Source: Nitrosopumilus sp. (GTDB lineage: Archaea; Thermoproteota; Nitrososphaeria; Nitrososphaerales; Nitrosopumilaceae). From it: a stretch of 64,000 nucleotides of DNA. The position numbers and the translations under genes are program-made. The notes beneath the pieces were generated by a model. That model was not told the DNA's origin. It worked only from the letters and a program-made list of their open reading frames with translations, and made no database searches. The stretch's first letter is position 1. Each line of letters begins with the position of its first letter. Positions 31,551-42,866 of this stretch are shown in pieces. The DNA lies in assembly GCA_965223425.1 (NCBI GenBank), contig OZ245003.1:768001-832000 (forward strand). The letters run 5' to 3'.

Positions 31551-32385
31551 TTGCAAGAGCTTCTAATCTGGTTTGATTTGTTAGGCTGTTTTCTAGTAGG
31601 TAATCTAAAATGTTTGCTAGTTCATCACGGACACAAGTTTGATCCATCAATTAAAGACAGAGTTCTGATGCTGTCAATGTACTACAGAATGTACACAACA
31701 CACGATATGTTGGGAATGATATTTGACCTGAACAAGTCAAATGTGGTGCGAGATATCAGATATTTGGAGCCCGCAGTAAAACAGTCAATCCCGATTCCCG
31801 CCAAAAAGTATGCAGGTTCAAAAAAGATCAGCGGCATGCAGCAACTCCAAGAGTTCTTCCCAGAACTAATTGCAATCACAGACGGTACAGAGCAGCCAAT
31901 ACCGAGGCCAAAAAACAAACGCAAACGTAAAACACGCTATTCAGGCAAAAAGAAAGATCACACAGTACAAAACCAGATTACGATAAATCTTGACGGAACC
32001 ATAACTCACAAACCTGCACATTCACCCGGATGTCGCCACGGTTACAAAATTTACAAATCAAAACATCCGACATTCTGAAGAGCTGTTAAACTTATGACCT
32101 TGGATATTTGGGGATTGAAAAGGACCCTCCAAAACAGACCAGCATTTTGCCATACAGAAAAAAGAAAGGAAAAAAGCTAACTGATTCTCAGAAAGAGCGG
32201 AACAAATCTCAAGCTAAAATTAGAATCAGGATAGAGAGCATGTCATTGCACAAATCAAAAAATTCAGAATTGGTGCAGATACGTTTAGGAACAGATTGTG
32301 TCGTTATGACACCATTAGCGAGATAGTTTGCGGAATTGTTAATTTCAAGATACGGTGGAAGCAAAAGCTTGCTGTGATTCCATAA
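31551..32385 (+). pseudogene. IS5-family (ISL2-like) transposase remnant
   Basis: DGTEQPIPRP, YSGKKK.HT, RIRIEHV..KKFRI; broken by a stop and frameshifts. Confidence 0.82.
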
Positions 32386-32426
32386 AATCAAAAACTATCG
32401 AGTGAAAGATGGGATTTTGATTGTAA

Positions 32427-32687
32427 TTGCGCAACTCATCTATAGTTAATAACCTGTATTTGCTGATAGAAAGTGTGAGTCAGACGCATGACGATGCAAA
32501 AATATTATACAAAGGCACTATTGAGGATGATTTGTTGATTATGGATGTTGAAGTTACAACAAAACCTACAAAAATAAATGAATCTGACAAGATATTTTCA
32601 TTAGGAATTCCGGATAATGAATCCATAGAAGACTTTGAAGAAGATATGGAACAATTAACTCGTAATAGTAACAAAGACTTTGAGTGA
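32427..32687 (+). CDS. Acidic hypothetical protein, probable antitoxin
   Basis: Stop overlaps the start of the PemK gene; start uncertain. Confidence 0.5.
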   Translation: MRNSSIVNNLYLLIESVSQTHDDAKILYKGTIEDDLLIMDVEVTTKPTKINESDKIFSLGIPDNESIEDFEEDMEQLTRNSNKDFE

Positions 32688-33058
32688 CAAAATTGATTGA
32701 TCTGAATGATGTGCATCCAAAAGATATCATTTTAGCCGATCCGGAATATCCTGATCAAAAAGAGAGAAAAGTCAGGCCCTTGCTAGTAATTTCGAAATCC
32801 CATTTTCAACAAAATTCTGGATACTGTGTTTGTGTTGGACTAACTTCTAATAAAAATAACGACCCCTATGCAATTCCATATGGGATGGAAGATGTTCGGA
32901 TTGGAAGATTAAACCGTGATGGAAATATCATGTGCAAACGCTTCGTAACTTTGCGAAGTGATAAAGTTAAAGAGAAGATTGGAACACAAATCAAAGATGA
33001 AATTTACCAAAGAGTCATAGCAAAAATTGAGGATGAAATAATTGAAACACATCCATAA
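32684..33058 (+). CDS. PemK/MazF-family toxin
   Basis: DIILAD..YPD..RKVRPLLVIS..VGLTS. Confidence 0.82.
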   Translation: MTKLIDLNDVHPKDIILADPEYPDQKERKVRPLLVISKSHFQQNSGYCVCVGLTSNKNNDPYAIPYGMEDVRIGRLNRDGNIMCKRFVTLRSDKVKEKIGTQIKDEIYQRVIAKIEDEIIETHP

Positions 33059-33092
33059 AAGAGTCCATTATGATGGAGATGGTGTATGAGCC

Positions 33093-33530
33093 ATGACAGA
33101 GAGTGGTACTCGTAATTCTTTTGAGATAATCAAAGAACCATGGAATCTGTATCAAATTTCTGATAATTCTTTTCTTAGGGCTAGAACTATACTCAAAAAA
33201 ATTGAACGGATTACAAATGATAATAAAAATATTTTTGGGATTGACGCACAAACTATAACTGCAGTTGATGTGGATTCTTCTTTGAGAGAAACTCCATCTG
33301 TAAAGCCTGTATCCAAACACGAACTAGAGAGGTATGTTGAAGAAGACGATATGAATTATGATACATTGTTTCAAGAAGCTACTCAATATAGGTTAGATGA
33401 TGGGACAAAAATCAAGATTTTCACTAGTATAACAAAAATATCTAGAACGAGCCTGAGAGATGCCAGAGGTGATCCTGTCTACAATACAATCTTTTCATCA
33501 GGTGTAAAGATAGAATCTCCTGATCAATAG
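33093..33530 (+). CDS. Hypothetical protein with internal two-fold repeat
   Basis: FEIIKEPWNLYQISDNS resembles YDTLFQEATQYRLDDGT; GDPVY. Confidence 0.7.
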   Translation: MTESGTRNSFEIIKEPWNLYQISDNSFLRARTILKKIERITNDNKNIFGIDAQTITAVDVDSSLRETPSVKPVSKHELERYVEEDDMNYDTLFQEATQYRLDDGTKIKIFTSITKISRTSLRDARGDPVYNTIFSSGVKIESPDQ

Positions 33531-33763
33531 TCAAGTCCTGATAAAAAATTATGTTTATCAGCTAGTGACAAAAAACTCCAACTAGAATATATAATTAGCA
33601 CCATAAAATCTTCAGTTCTATTGTACGGAAAGTCAGTCCGCCCAGAATTCGAAGAACGATAACGGACTATTTTAGACTGCATCGATCACGAAAAATCATG
33701 CAAAAAAGACTGACAGAACAGTCCAGGCAGTACCTGATCAGACAGCACAAGAATGGAGCAATG

Positions 33764-33964
33764 GGTTCTGGTAAATTCTAGTGATCTGATAGGGGTTGTC
33801 GCCAAATTCACATCAAGCTGCCACCACCACCACCACCACAACATTCCGCCTTGCGGCACAGAACCCACACCTCCCTGATCAATATGCGTGAAAAATTACC
33901 AAATTAGATCATTTGGTCGAATTTGGCGACAACCCCGATCTGATCACTCAAATTTACCAGAACC
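33764..33964. mobile_element. 47-bp-type MITE interrupted by a ~145-bp MITE (33792-33936)
   Basis: Outer GGTTCTGGTAAATT/AATTTACCAGAACC; inner TIR GGGGTTGTCGCCAAATTC; GATCTGAT duplicated. Confidence 0.8.
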
Positions 33965-34219
33965 ACTTGCAGTTTCCGGGATGTTTGCCGGATCCTGTGT
34001 TTTTGTTGTTGGTTTTTCTAATTTTACTCGCTGTTTCATTTTATCAACCTCCATGTTGATCTGTTTTTTGTTGTTTGCAGTGTCCGCATGCTGTATTTTC
34101 TGAAAAAATATTTTCCTGAACTGTTTTTTTGCCTTGTCCCACATGTATGCAGGATTGGCATTTGGTTTGCGCCAATACAGAACGGGTTTGAACCATTTGT
34201 TCTGTCAGGAAAAAACGTT

Positions 34220-34491
34220 TCAGTCATTGCCGTATACTGACTTGTGGTCGCATACCCTGAGAAACTCTATCGTATCACTACTCCAGTCAATGTTGTATAT
34301 TACTCTGTATTTGTTTCCAATATTGTATGCAAATACCCTTTTGCCTTGTTTGTATCTCCCCAACCAGCCGGATTTTCAGAGTTTCTCAGTTCTTGTATTG
34401 CCTGATTTATCCTTTGCTTGGTTTGAGTGTCAAGGTTTTTGTATTGTTTTTTGAATTTGGTTTCTGTCTTGATTTCCCATCGGATTGCCAT
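34220..34491 (-). pseudogene. RelE/ParE-family toxin, 1-nt frameshift
   Basis: WEIKTETKFKKQYKNLD.. then in another frame YNIGNKYRVIY..LRVCDHKSVY. Confidence 0.8.
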
Positions 34492-34493
34492 AC

Positions 34494-34625
34494 TTACTCG
34501 TTGAGCCACTTGATGAATTCATCTGAAGTTTTGAATGTTTTCTTGTCATCGTCATTTGCATAGAACTCATCAATATCTGCAATCTCTTCAGGAGTCAGAT
34601 CATCGGCTTGCTTTGTTTCATACAT
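34494..34625 (-). CDS. Small acidic antitoxin
   Basis: MYETKQADDLTPEEIADIDEF..FKTSDEFIKWLNE, ending 2 nt before the toxin start. Confidence 0.7.
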   Translation of the reverse strand: MYETKQADDLTPEEIADIDEFYANDDDKKTFKTSDEFIKWLNE

Positions 34626-34828
34626 GTCCTTTCTGTTTTCTGCATCCTAAAAAATGTTAGGAGTCAAGAATTCCTGCGAGTTCCCGCCTTATCTTCTTGA
34701 GTGCCTTTTTGTGCCTTCTTAGGCGCATAGTCCTGCGCGACTCCCAGGATTCTCCACGCGTCATGTATTATCTTGGCGGGGTGTTTTGTCATGGCATCGG
34801 AGATTATCAAGCGCGCCATACTGTAACA

Positions 34829-34875
34829 GGTTCTGGAAGATTTTGGTGATCAGATCACTAGAATTTACCAGAACC
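34829..34875. mobile_element. 47-bp minimal MITE
   Basis: Exact reverse complement of 2705-2751. Confidence 0.82.
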
Positions 34876-34982
34876 TCCAGAACCATGTCGCAGGAGATGT
34901 CGATTCAGATCGTATGAATCTTGACTCCCCTGTCTCTTAAAACCAGATTTGTCCAAGCCAATGACGATGCTTTAGAACAACC

Positions 34983-35415
34983 ATGCTATCTGATAACGGC
35001 TCGTGTTTTGTAGGACAAAACGGCAGGAAAAAAGCAAAAGAAAAGGGAACATGGGTGCCTACTCTCTTTGAGGAGGAACTGCTTGCGCGTGACATTATCC
35101 TGATAAACCCCAGGCCGTACCGCCCGCAAGGCCCATACGGGTACAGGGGTTGTTCCATCACCACAACTACGACGAGGTGGTTATCATGTGTTCAAACAAA
35201 CGGCAAATTGGAGTGCTTCCACAGGAGCCTAGAAGATAAGATATGGTACTATGACAGTCTGAGGGAATACGTTGACTTGCAATGAGAGAAGACTGCACTT
35301 TTCACTGGACATTGACAACTGTGAGACGCCGCTCATGGCCTTTAGAAACAAAAAAGTATCAGAAGCGATCAGGAAAGGTGATCCAAAATGGATGGAGAGG
35401 GATGCCGATGACTAG
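34983..35415 (+). pseudogene. Integrase-core (IS481/IS3-like) transposase fragment with 66-bp insertion
   Basis: LSDNGSCF, RPYRPQ|TNGKLE.FHRSL. Confidence 0.75.
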
Positions 35416-35678
35416 CGGATCGACTTTCCATATATATTACAAATAACAATAATTGCAGTTGCAATTGCACCTGCTAGAAACAAATTAACTTTCAATTCAT
35501 GATTTTTTGAAACACATTTCCAAATCATATCTTTGTCTATGGGTTCTTTTGTAATTGCTATTGCAAAACATCTAGCCTCACAAGGTTCTGTATGGCTAAT
35601 GCCTAGAATTTAGCTCTAGCTATTTAGCTATGCCTATTTTTCCTCATGTATTTATAATATAACGGGGTTATTTTCCTC

Positions 35679-37079
35679 ATGGCAACTGAAAACCTTGACA
35701 TGGACTATTCAAAATATGATTTTAAAGACTCTACAGAAATGTATGTTCACCTTAGCAAGAAAGGTCTGAGTAAGGAAACTGTAATTGGTATCAGTAAAAT
35801 GAAAGATGAGCCACAGTGGATGCTTGATTTTAGATTACGTTCTTATGAAATTTTTATGCAAAAACCAATGCCAACCTGGGGTGGAGATCTTAGCGTAATT
35901 GACTTCCAAAATATTTACTATTATGCAAAAGCATCTGAGAAGACAGAAAAGAACTGGGATGATGTTCCAGAGGATGTCAAAAACACTTTTGATAAACTTG
36001 GAATTCCAGAAGCTGAAAAGAAATTCTTAGCAGGTGTCGGTGCACAATACGAATCTGAGGTTGTGTATCACAATTTGAGAGAAGACCTGCAAAAACAAGG
36101 CGTCTTGTTTTTAGATACTGACTCAGCTCTAAAGGAACAGCCCGAAATTTTTAAGAAATATTTTGGTAAGATTATTCCTCCAGAGGATAACAAATTTGCG
36201 GCGCTAAACAGTGCAGTATGGAGTGGCGGCTCATTCATCTATGTTCCGCCGGGCGTCAAAGTTGACATGCCACTGCAAGCATACTTTAGAATTAACGCAG
36301 AAAACATTGGCCAATTTGAAAGAACGCTGATCATTGTAGATGAAGGTGCAGAAGTGCATTACATTGAAGGATGTACTGCCCCTGTTTACTCTTCGGAATC
36401 ACTTCATTCTGCCGTTGTAGAACTAGTTGCACATAAAGATGCAAAATTAAGATACACAACTATTCAAAACTGGAGTAACGATGTTTACAATCTTGTAACC
36501 AAACGTGCCTATGCATATGAAGGCGCAGCAGTCGAATGGATTGATGGAAACATTGGAAGCAAGCTAACCATGAAATATCCTGGCGTCTATCTTATGGGCG
36601 AAAGGGCATATGGTGAGACACTGTCTATTGCCTTTGCAGGTAAAGGACAACACCAAGATACGGGCGCAAAAATGGTTCATCTTGCACCAAACACCACGTC
36701 AAAGATTACCTCAAAGTCAGTTAGCAGACTAGATGGACGTTCCACTTACAGAGGATTAATCAATGTAGCAAAAGGCGCCACAAATGTAAAATCCACTGTA
36801 AGATGCGATGCATTGCTCTTAGATGACACGTCAAAGACTGACACCTATCCATACATGGAAATCAATCAAGAAGACGCGACAATCACCCATGAAGCAACAG
36901 TTGGCAAGATTGGCGATGAGCAAATCTTCTATCTCATGAGCAGAGGATTTAACGAAGAAGAGGCATTATCGTTAATTGTAAATGGCTTCATGGAGCCATT
37001 CACAAAAGAATTGCCAATGGAATATGCCGTTGAATTAAACAGACTCATCAAGCTGGAAATGGATGATTCAGTGGGATAG
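35679..37079 (+). CDS. sufB: Fe-S assembly SufB
   Basis: [31 protein letters not shown]. Confidence 0.97.
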   Translation: MATENLDMDYSKYDFKDSTEMYVHLSKKGLSKETVIGISKMKDEPQWMLDFRLRSYEIFMQKPMPTWGGDLSVIDFQNIYYYAKASEKTEKNWDDVPEDVKNTFDKLGIPEAEKKFLAGVGAQYESEVVYHNLREDLQKQGVLFLDTDSALKEQPEIFKKYFGKIIPPEDNKFAALNSAVWSGGSFIYVPPGVKVDMPLQAYFRINAENIGQFERTLIIVDEGAEVHYIEGCTAPVYSSESLHSAVVELVAHKDAKLRYTTIQNWSNDVYNLVTKRAYAYEGAAVEWIDGNIGSKLTMKYPGVYLMGERAYGETLSIAFAGKGQHQDTGAKMVHLAPNTTSKITSKSVSRLDGRSTYRGLINVAKGATNVKSTVRCDALLLDDTSKTDTYPYMEINQEDATITHEATVGKIGDEQIFYLMSRGFNEEEALSLIVNGFMEPFTKELPMEYAVELNRLIKLEMDDSVG

Positions 37080-37104
37080 ACTCCCAATCTCATTTTGATT
37101 AACA

Positions 37105-38505
37105 ATGTCTCAAGAAACCCTGTCAAAACTTGATAAAAGCCACATCGATGAGATCTCTTCGTCAAGAAACGAACCTGGTTGGCTAAAAGACTACAGAACT
37201 GATTCCCTATCTGTATATGATAGCCTTCCAATCGAGATGTCTCCTCTTTACAACAAATACACCGATGCAAAAAAGATGGATCCTGAAAAAGTCTCCTTAT
37301 CTACATCAACTACAGAAACAGTCCCGAGTTTTCTTGAGAAAAGGCTGGGCGAGCTAGAAAATGAGATGTGCATTATTCAAATCGGAACCAACATACACAA
37401 AATCAACATCTCTGATGAGCTGAAATCCCAAGGGCTCGTAGTCTCTTCCATATCTGATGCAATTCAAAACAATCCTGAACTTGTAAAAAAGGCACTTGAA
37501 TCTTCAAATTCAAAAGATGACAAGTTTACAGCATTAAACAATGCTGCCTTTAACTCAGGAATGTTTATCCACATTCCACGTAATCTTGTAGTTGACAAAC
37601 CAATCCATCTCTTGACATGCCTGTCTGAGGACGGCCTTTCCACAATTTCCAGAAACGTAATTTTTGCTGATGAGAGCAGCAAAGCTACGATTGTACAGGA
37701 ACTGTATTCCCCAAATACTGATTCACAACAGGCATATCTTGAATTGCTGCATACCAATCTTGCAGCAAATGCGCAATTGGATATTACTACTTTACAAATG
37801 ATGGATCAGCATGCAGTAAACTTTTCAACAAGACGAACAGACTTGGCACAAGATGCCAAAGTAAACTGGTATTCTGGGCTGTTTGGCTCCATGCTGTCCA
37901 GATACAAGATTGATTATTTCTTGAACAGCCCCGGTGCATCATCCAATGACTCTGAAGTAATCTTTGGAAATAACGATCAATCGTTTGATATTCAAACTAA
38001 CGTGAACCATGAAGATCGTGAAACGGAAGGAAGAGTAGTAGAAAAATCAATACTTCGAGACAAATCCAAATCCCTTTTCAAAGGAATGATTAGAATCAAA
38101 GAAAACGCATCAAAATCAAACTCATTTCTGTCTGGCCGCTCTATTCTTTTGGATAAAGATGCAAAATCTGACGCAATCCCCGGATTGGAGATTTTCACAA
38201 ATGACGTAAAGGCCACACATTCTGCATCTGTTGCCCAAATTGATGAAGAACAGATCTTCTATCTCAACAGCAGATGTCTTAGTCATGAAGAGGCTGAAAG
38301 AACAATTGTTGAGGGCTTCTTAGAGCCACTTTCTAGAAAAATGTCTTTTCAGGTACGAGCTTGGATTGCATATCTTATTGAATCTAAATGGGACAACCGC
38401 GAACTGACAATCAACACTGATGAGGAATTAGCAAAATTAGTTGAAGTTGAAGAGACACGCTATAACGAAGACTCTGAAATCGAGCAGCACTACAAGTATC
38501 GGTGA
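37105..38505 (+). CDS. sufD: SufD
   Basis: PGLEIFTNDVKATHSA, FYLNSR. Confidence 0.93.
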   Translation: MSQETLSKLDKSHIDEISSSRNEPGWLKDYRTDSLSVYDSLPIEMSPLYNKYTDAKKMDPEKVSLSTSTTETVPSFLEKRLGELENEMCIIQIGTNIHKINISDELKSQGLVVSSISDAIQNNPELVKKALESSNSKDDKFTALNNAAFNSGMFIHIPRNLVVDKPIHLLTCLSEDGLSTISRNVIFADESSKATIVQELYSPNTDSQQAYLELLHTNLAANAQLDITTLQMMDQHAVNFSTRRTDLAQDAKVNWYSGLFGSMLSRYKIDYFLNSPGASSNDSEVIFGNNDQSFDIQTNVNHEDRETEGRVVEKSILRDKSKSLFKGMIRIKENASKSNSFLSGRSILLDKDAKSDAIPGLEIFTNDVKATHSASVAQIDEEQIFYLNSRCLSHEEAERTIVEGFLEPLSRKMSFQVRAWIAYLIESKWDNRELTINTDEELAKLVEVEETRYNEDSEIEQHYKYR

Positions 38506-38819
38506 TCTTTCTGGCTGAATGGATAAAGGCTTGCAGTCTAGAGCAGGTAAAAGAAGGCCAACTTTTTGGTTTTACACACGATGAAAAGAGAATCCTCATA
38601 GCTAATCTCAAAGGAAAAATTCATGCCACTGATCTTATTTGTACTCACGCTGATGCAGATCTTTCCACTGGGTTTCTCAGTGAAGAGGGCATAAGATGTC
38701 CATTGCATCTCTCTGTTTTTAACTTGGAGAATGGAAAGCCGCAGAATCTTCCAGCTGAAACACCTCTTACAGTATACAATGTTAAAATAGACGACAAGGA
38801 AATTTACGTGGAGATTTAA
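38502..38819 (+). CDS. Rieske-type ferredoxin
   Basis: CTH..CPLH. Confidence 0.92.
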   Translation: MIFLAEWIKACSLEQVKEGQLFGFTHDEKRILIANLKGKIHATDLICTHADADLSTGFLSEEGIRCPLHLSVFNLENGKPQNLPAETPLTVYNVKIDDKEIYVEI

Positions 38820-38822
38820 GAC

Positions 38823-40067
38823 ATGCAAAGCACGCAATCTATTTTTGAAAATCTGAAAAAAGACTTTCCAATACTGCAAAGAACCGTAAGGGATAACAAA
38901 CCCCTTGTTTACCTTGATAATGCATCTACAACACAAAAACCAAACCAGGTTATTGACTCCATTAGTGCTTATTATCGAAACTGTAATGCTAACATTCACC
39001 GAGCAGTTTATGCCCTAGCTGAAGAGGCCACTGAGGCATATGAAAAAACCCGTGACAAAACTGCAAATTTTGTCAACATCAAAGACAGGCGGGAAATTAT
39101 CTTTGTTAGGGGAACTACTGAGGCAATCAATCTTGTTGCGTATGCGTGGGGAAGACCCCACATCAAAGAAGGCGACATTGTTGTGACTACTGAATATGAA
39201 CATCACAGCAACATTGTACCGTGGCAGCTTCTCACTCAAGAGAAGGGTGCAAAATTAGAATACATTGGAATGGATGATAACGGGGAGTTAATTTTAGATG
39301 ATCTTGACAAATATCTTGCGACAGGCAAAGTCAAACTCGTAACCTTTAGTTTAATGTCAAATGTTCTTGGAACGATTACGGACGCTGCCAAAATTATTGA
39401 AAAATGCAAAGCAGCAGGCGTTCTGACTTTGGTTGACGGTGCTCAGGCAGTTCCTCACATGAGAGTTGATCTTGAAGAACTGGGATGCGACTTTTTCGCA
39501 TTTTCTGGGCATAAAATGCTAGGCCCGACAGGAATTGGTGTTTTGTGGGTTAGAAAACCAGTCTTAGAAACTATGAGTCCGTTTCATGGCGGCGGTGACA
39601 TGATTAGAGAGGTCCACAAGTATGAGACCACTTGGAATGATTTGCCATACAAATTTGAAGCAGGAACCCCCAATATTGCTGATGTCGTAGGACTTGGCGC
39701 TGCCATTGACTATCTTGCAAACATTGGAATGGAAAATGTCCGGGAACATGAAATTGAATTAACAAAATATGCCATAGACAAACTATCTAAAGTCAAGGGG
39801 CTCCACATCTATGGCACAAAGGATCTTTCAAAACGTGGTGGCGTAATTTCATTTAATTTCGCAGATGTTCATCCTCATGATGTCGCACAGATTATTGACG
39901 AAGAGGGAATCGCGGTTCGTTCTGGTCACCATTGTGCACAGGTGTTGATGGAACGGCTAAACGTTGCTGCAACATCAAGGGCTAGTTTTTACATTTACAA
40001 TACTAAGGAAGATGTTGATGTTCTGATCAATTCATTAAACACCGTGGCAAGGGTGTTCAAATTATGA
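38823..40067 (+). CDS. sufS: Cysteine desulfurase SufS
   Basis: YLDNASTTQKP, FSGHKM, RSGHHCA. Confidence 0.96.
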   Translation: MQSTQSIFENLKKDFPILQRTVRDNKPLVYLDNASTTQKPNQVIDSISAYYRNCNANIHRAVYALAEEATEAYEKTRDKTANFVNIKDRREIIFVRGTTEAINLVAYAWGRPHIKEGDIVVTTEYEHHSNIVPWQLLTQEKGAKLEYIGMDDNGELILDDLDKYLATGKVKLVTFSLMSNVLGTITDAAKIIEKCKAAGVLTLVDGAQAVPHMRVDLEELGCDFFAFSGHKMLGPTGIGVLWVRKPVLETMSPFHGGGDMIREVHKYETTWNDLPYKFEAGTPNIADVVGLGAAIDYLANIGMENVREHEIELTKYAIDKLSKVKGLHIYGTKDLSKRGGVISFNFADVHPHDVAQIIDEEGIAVRSGHHCAQVLMERLNVAATSRASFYIYNTKEDVDVLINSLNTVARVFKL

Positions 40068-40507
40068 GTGGCAATGCTGACATTTATCATGAAATGATTG
40101 TTGATTATTCAAGAAATCCTGTAAACTATGGAAAGATTGAAGATCATGATGTAACTTTCCATGATTCAAATCCACTGTGTGGTGACAGTATTGACATTGA
40201 TATGAAAATTGATGATGACAAAGTCACTGATATCAAATTCCATGGAAAAGGATGCGCAATTTGCATGGCTTGCTCTTCTGTTTTAACTGAAATAACAAAA
40301 GGCAAAAATCTTGAAGAGGTAAGAAACTTGGAAAAAAACGACGTATTAAGTGAATTAGGCCTTGAGCATCTCCAAGCTGTTCGAATAAAATGTGCCCTGC
40401 TGTCTCTCAAAGTACTCAAATCTGCCCTTTACACCTATCTTGGAAAACATTTGAAAGATTCCCAAGATGTGGACAAACTAAAAGAAGAGGCAGCAAACCT
40501 GTACTAG
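40064..40507 (+). CDS. sufU: SufU/IscU scaffold
   Basis: NPLCGD, GCAIC, RIKCA. Confidence 0.92.
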   Translation: MSGNADIYHEMIVDYSRNPVNYGKIEDHDVTFHDSNPLCGDSIDIDMKIDDDKVTDIKFHGKGCAICMACSSVLTEITKGKNLEEVRNLEKNDVLSELGLEHLQAVRIKCALLSLKVLKSALYTYLGKHLKDSQDVDKLKEEAANLY

Positions 40508-40508
40508 C

Positions 40509-40856
40509 ATGAGTGATTATACTCCTACAACTCCAGTTGCACTCCAAATCAGAAAAATAATTTTTGAAAAATTCAATGATGTTGATGCTAGATTTTCAAA
40601 TGACGAAATTTTTGACATACTAAAACAAACTGGCGACATTAATCCCTCCTGGATAGTTGATGACGTTGAGTCTTTTTTCAATGATATCTGTGATTCGGGT
40701 CTTGTAAGAAACATTGCACAGAACTTTACCACAATTTGGCTAAAGCTATTTGATCCTGTTGAAAAGCTTCACTGCAATGCTTGTAATCAAGATATCCATC
40801 TTGGAATCTCCGAAGAGAGGGCCTGTCCTAACCCTTCCTGTAAATCTTCTATTTAG
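40509..40856 (+). CDS. Conserved-looking hypothetical protein, C-terminal Zn ribbon
   Basis: CNAC..CPNPSC. Confidence 0.75.
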   Translation: MSDYTPTTPVALQIRKIIFEKFNDVDARFSNDEIFDILKQTGDINPSWIVDDVESFFNDICDSGLVRNIAQNFTTIWLKLFDPVEKLHCNACNQDIHLGISEERACPNPSCKSSI

Positions 40857-42075
40857 TTCTGTATTTTTTTGCAGTTTCTTCAAGTGCGTTAATCATTGGT
40901 AATTTCTCCCCTGTAAGATAAAGTACCAGTGCCCCTCCTGCAGTACTAATGTGGTTGATTTTGCCTGCTAGTCCTTGTTGCCTTAATGCTGTAGTCAAGT
41001 GTCCCCCGCTTACAATTGTTGTTGCCATCGAGTTTGCAACTGCTTCAAGTAATTCTTTTGTCCCATAGCTGAAATTTTCTTTTTCAAAAAATCCTGCAGG
41101 TCCGCTGATAAACACTGTTCCTGCGCCAGAAATTAGTTTTGAGTAATACTCTATGGTTTTTGGACCTAAATCAAAAATTTTATCCCCTTTGCCAATTTCT
41201 CTTACGTCCATTTCTACCCTTTCTCCATCCTTGTCAATTGCAATATCTACTGGCGTTGCAAAAACGTCTGGATATTCTCCAATCAAAGCATGTGCTTTAG
41301 ATACTACCTCCTCTTCTCTTTTTATGCCAAGAGAGGATTTGATCCTGGCTTGTGCACGCATAAACACATTTCCGATTAATCCAGTTAAGAGAATGTGATC
41401 TGCACGACCATTCTGAATCAATAATTTGATTGCTTCAAGCCTATCTGGTATTTTTGCGCCTCCCAGTACAATAACGTGCGGTGCCTTGGCAACAGTCATT
41501 ATCTCATCTAGGTTTTGAACCTCTCTTTGAACAATCCTCCCTGCACATGCTGGCAAGACTTGCGGAAATCCAATAATTGATGGATGTGATCTGTGTGCGC
41601 TTGGAAATGAATCCAATACACAAAGATCAAATAATTTGGATAGACGGCTGACCATAATTGTTTTGGCAGCATTTTCTGGTGAAAACTCGTAATTTTCTTC
41701 AGCGCATAATCGGAGATTGTCCAAAAGTAGAATATCCCCGTCTTCTAGACTCTTGATTGCGTTTTGTGCAGCCTCCCCAATTACGTCTTCTACATATTTT
41801 ATTTTTTTATTCATTAATTTTTCAAGAACTTTTGCATGTTTGTCCATTCCAGTATAGTCCTTATTTCCGACTCTGCCTTGGTGTGAAGCTATCACTACTC
41901 TTGCATCTTTTAGTGACTCTAAAGTTTCAACTGCCTCTTCAATCCTTTTTGTACCCAAAATTTCCATTGTCTCTGGATCAATTGGACAATTCATGTCAAT
42001 TCTCAGAAAAACAGTCTTACCCTTTAGGTCAAAATCGTCTAATGTGAGTGCCTTCACGCCCTTTCTATTATGCAC
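40849..42075 (-). CDS. pgk: Phosphoglycerate kinase
   Basis: RIDMNCP, SHQGR, LGGAK, HISTAGGA. Confidence 0.95.
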   Translation of the reverse strand: MHNRKGVKALTLDDFDLKGKTVFLRIDMNCPIDPETMEILGTKRIEEAVETLESLKDARVVIASHQGRVGNKDYTGMDKHAKVLEKLMNKKIKYVEDVIGEAAQNAIKSLEDGDILLLDNLRLCAEENYEFSPENAAKTIMVSRLSKLFDLCVLDSFPSAHRSHPSIIGFPQVLPACAGRIVQREVQNLDEIMTVAKAPHVIVLGGAKIPDRLEAIKLLIQNGRADHILLTGLIGNVFMRAQARIKSSLGIKREEEVVSKAHALIGEYPDVFATPVDIAIDKDGERVEMDVREIGKGDKIFDLGPKTIEYYSKLISGAGTVFISGPAGFFEKENFSYGTKELLEAVANSMATTIVSGGHLTTALRQQGLAGKINHISTAGGALVLYLTGEKLPMINALEETAKKYRTK

Positions 42076-42197
42076 TTGGTTAAATTCTTTGAGCCGATCA
42101 GAATTATTTTCCTAAATCTTAATTCTAAACAATGATTTACAGTTTGAAAATTATCTATTAACAAAAATTAAAAGCTACGCCCCTGAGGCTTAATTAA

Positions 42198-42866
42198 TTG
42201 CAAAATTGGATTTTTGATATTAGGTCGCGTTCTTTCGTATTGTTAGTAATTTTGTTTTTAGTTCTTACTGCTCTTGTGTATTACAAAGTAACTGAAAGTT
42301 TTGATCAAAGTGTCGTCTCTTTCTTTTCTCAAAATATTGGAAATCCGACACTTGATACCGTTATGCAGTATATCACAGAAAGCGGTGACGTCTTTAACAT
42401 GATGGCATTTGGAATTTTGATGTTGATCATTCCAAAAACCCGCAGAGTTGGAATTACCTTGATGATTCTAATTGTACTTTCAACTCTTCTTACTGGGTAC
42501 ATCAAATGCGGAGTTGATAGAGACAGACCTGATTTTGAGTATGAAGGCACACCATTCCCTATTGAAGTTAGCCGTGACACATACGCATTGTTTTGTGAAG
42601 GCAGTTTTGAGGCTTCATATCCTTCTGGCCATGCAGCCCGAGCTATAATATTTGGAGTAATTCTGGGTTATGCTCTTTCAGAACGATTTCCTAGAGGCGC
42701 GTATCTGTTATTGCTATATCCTGCAATGATCTCGATTAGCAGAATCTATGTCTTACAACATTATCCTATGGATGTCATTGGAGGCACCGTTATTGGAGTA
42801 ATGCTTGCTGGAGTAATGGCAAAGAGAACAAAACTTTACAAAATTTTTGATAAATCAAAAACCTAA
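42198..42866 (+). CDS. PAP2-family phosphatase
   Basis: K..VDRDRP, YPSGH, SRIYVLQHYPMD. Confidence 0.92.
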   Translation: MQNWIFDIRSRSFVLLVILFLVLTALVYYKVTESFDQSVVSFFSQNIGNPTLDTVMQYITESGDVFNMMAFGILMLIIPKTRRVGITLMILIVLSTLLTGYIKCGVDRDRPDFEYEGTPFPIEVSRDTYALFCEGSFEASYPSGHAARAIIFGVILGYALSERFPRGAYLLLLYPAMISISRIYVLQHYPMDVIGGTVIGVMLAGVMAKRTKLYKIFDKSKT

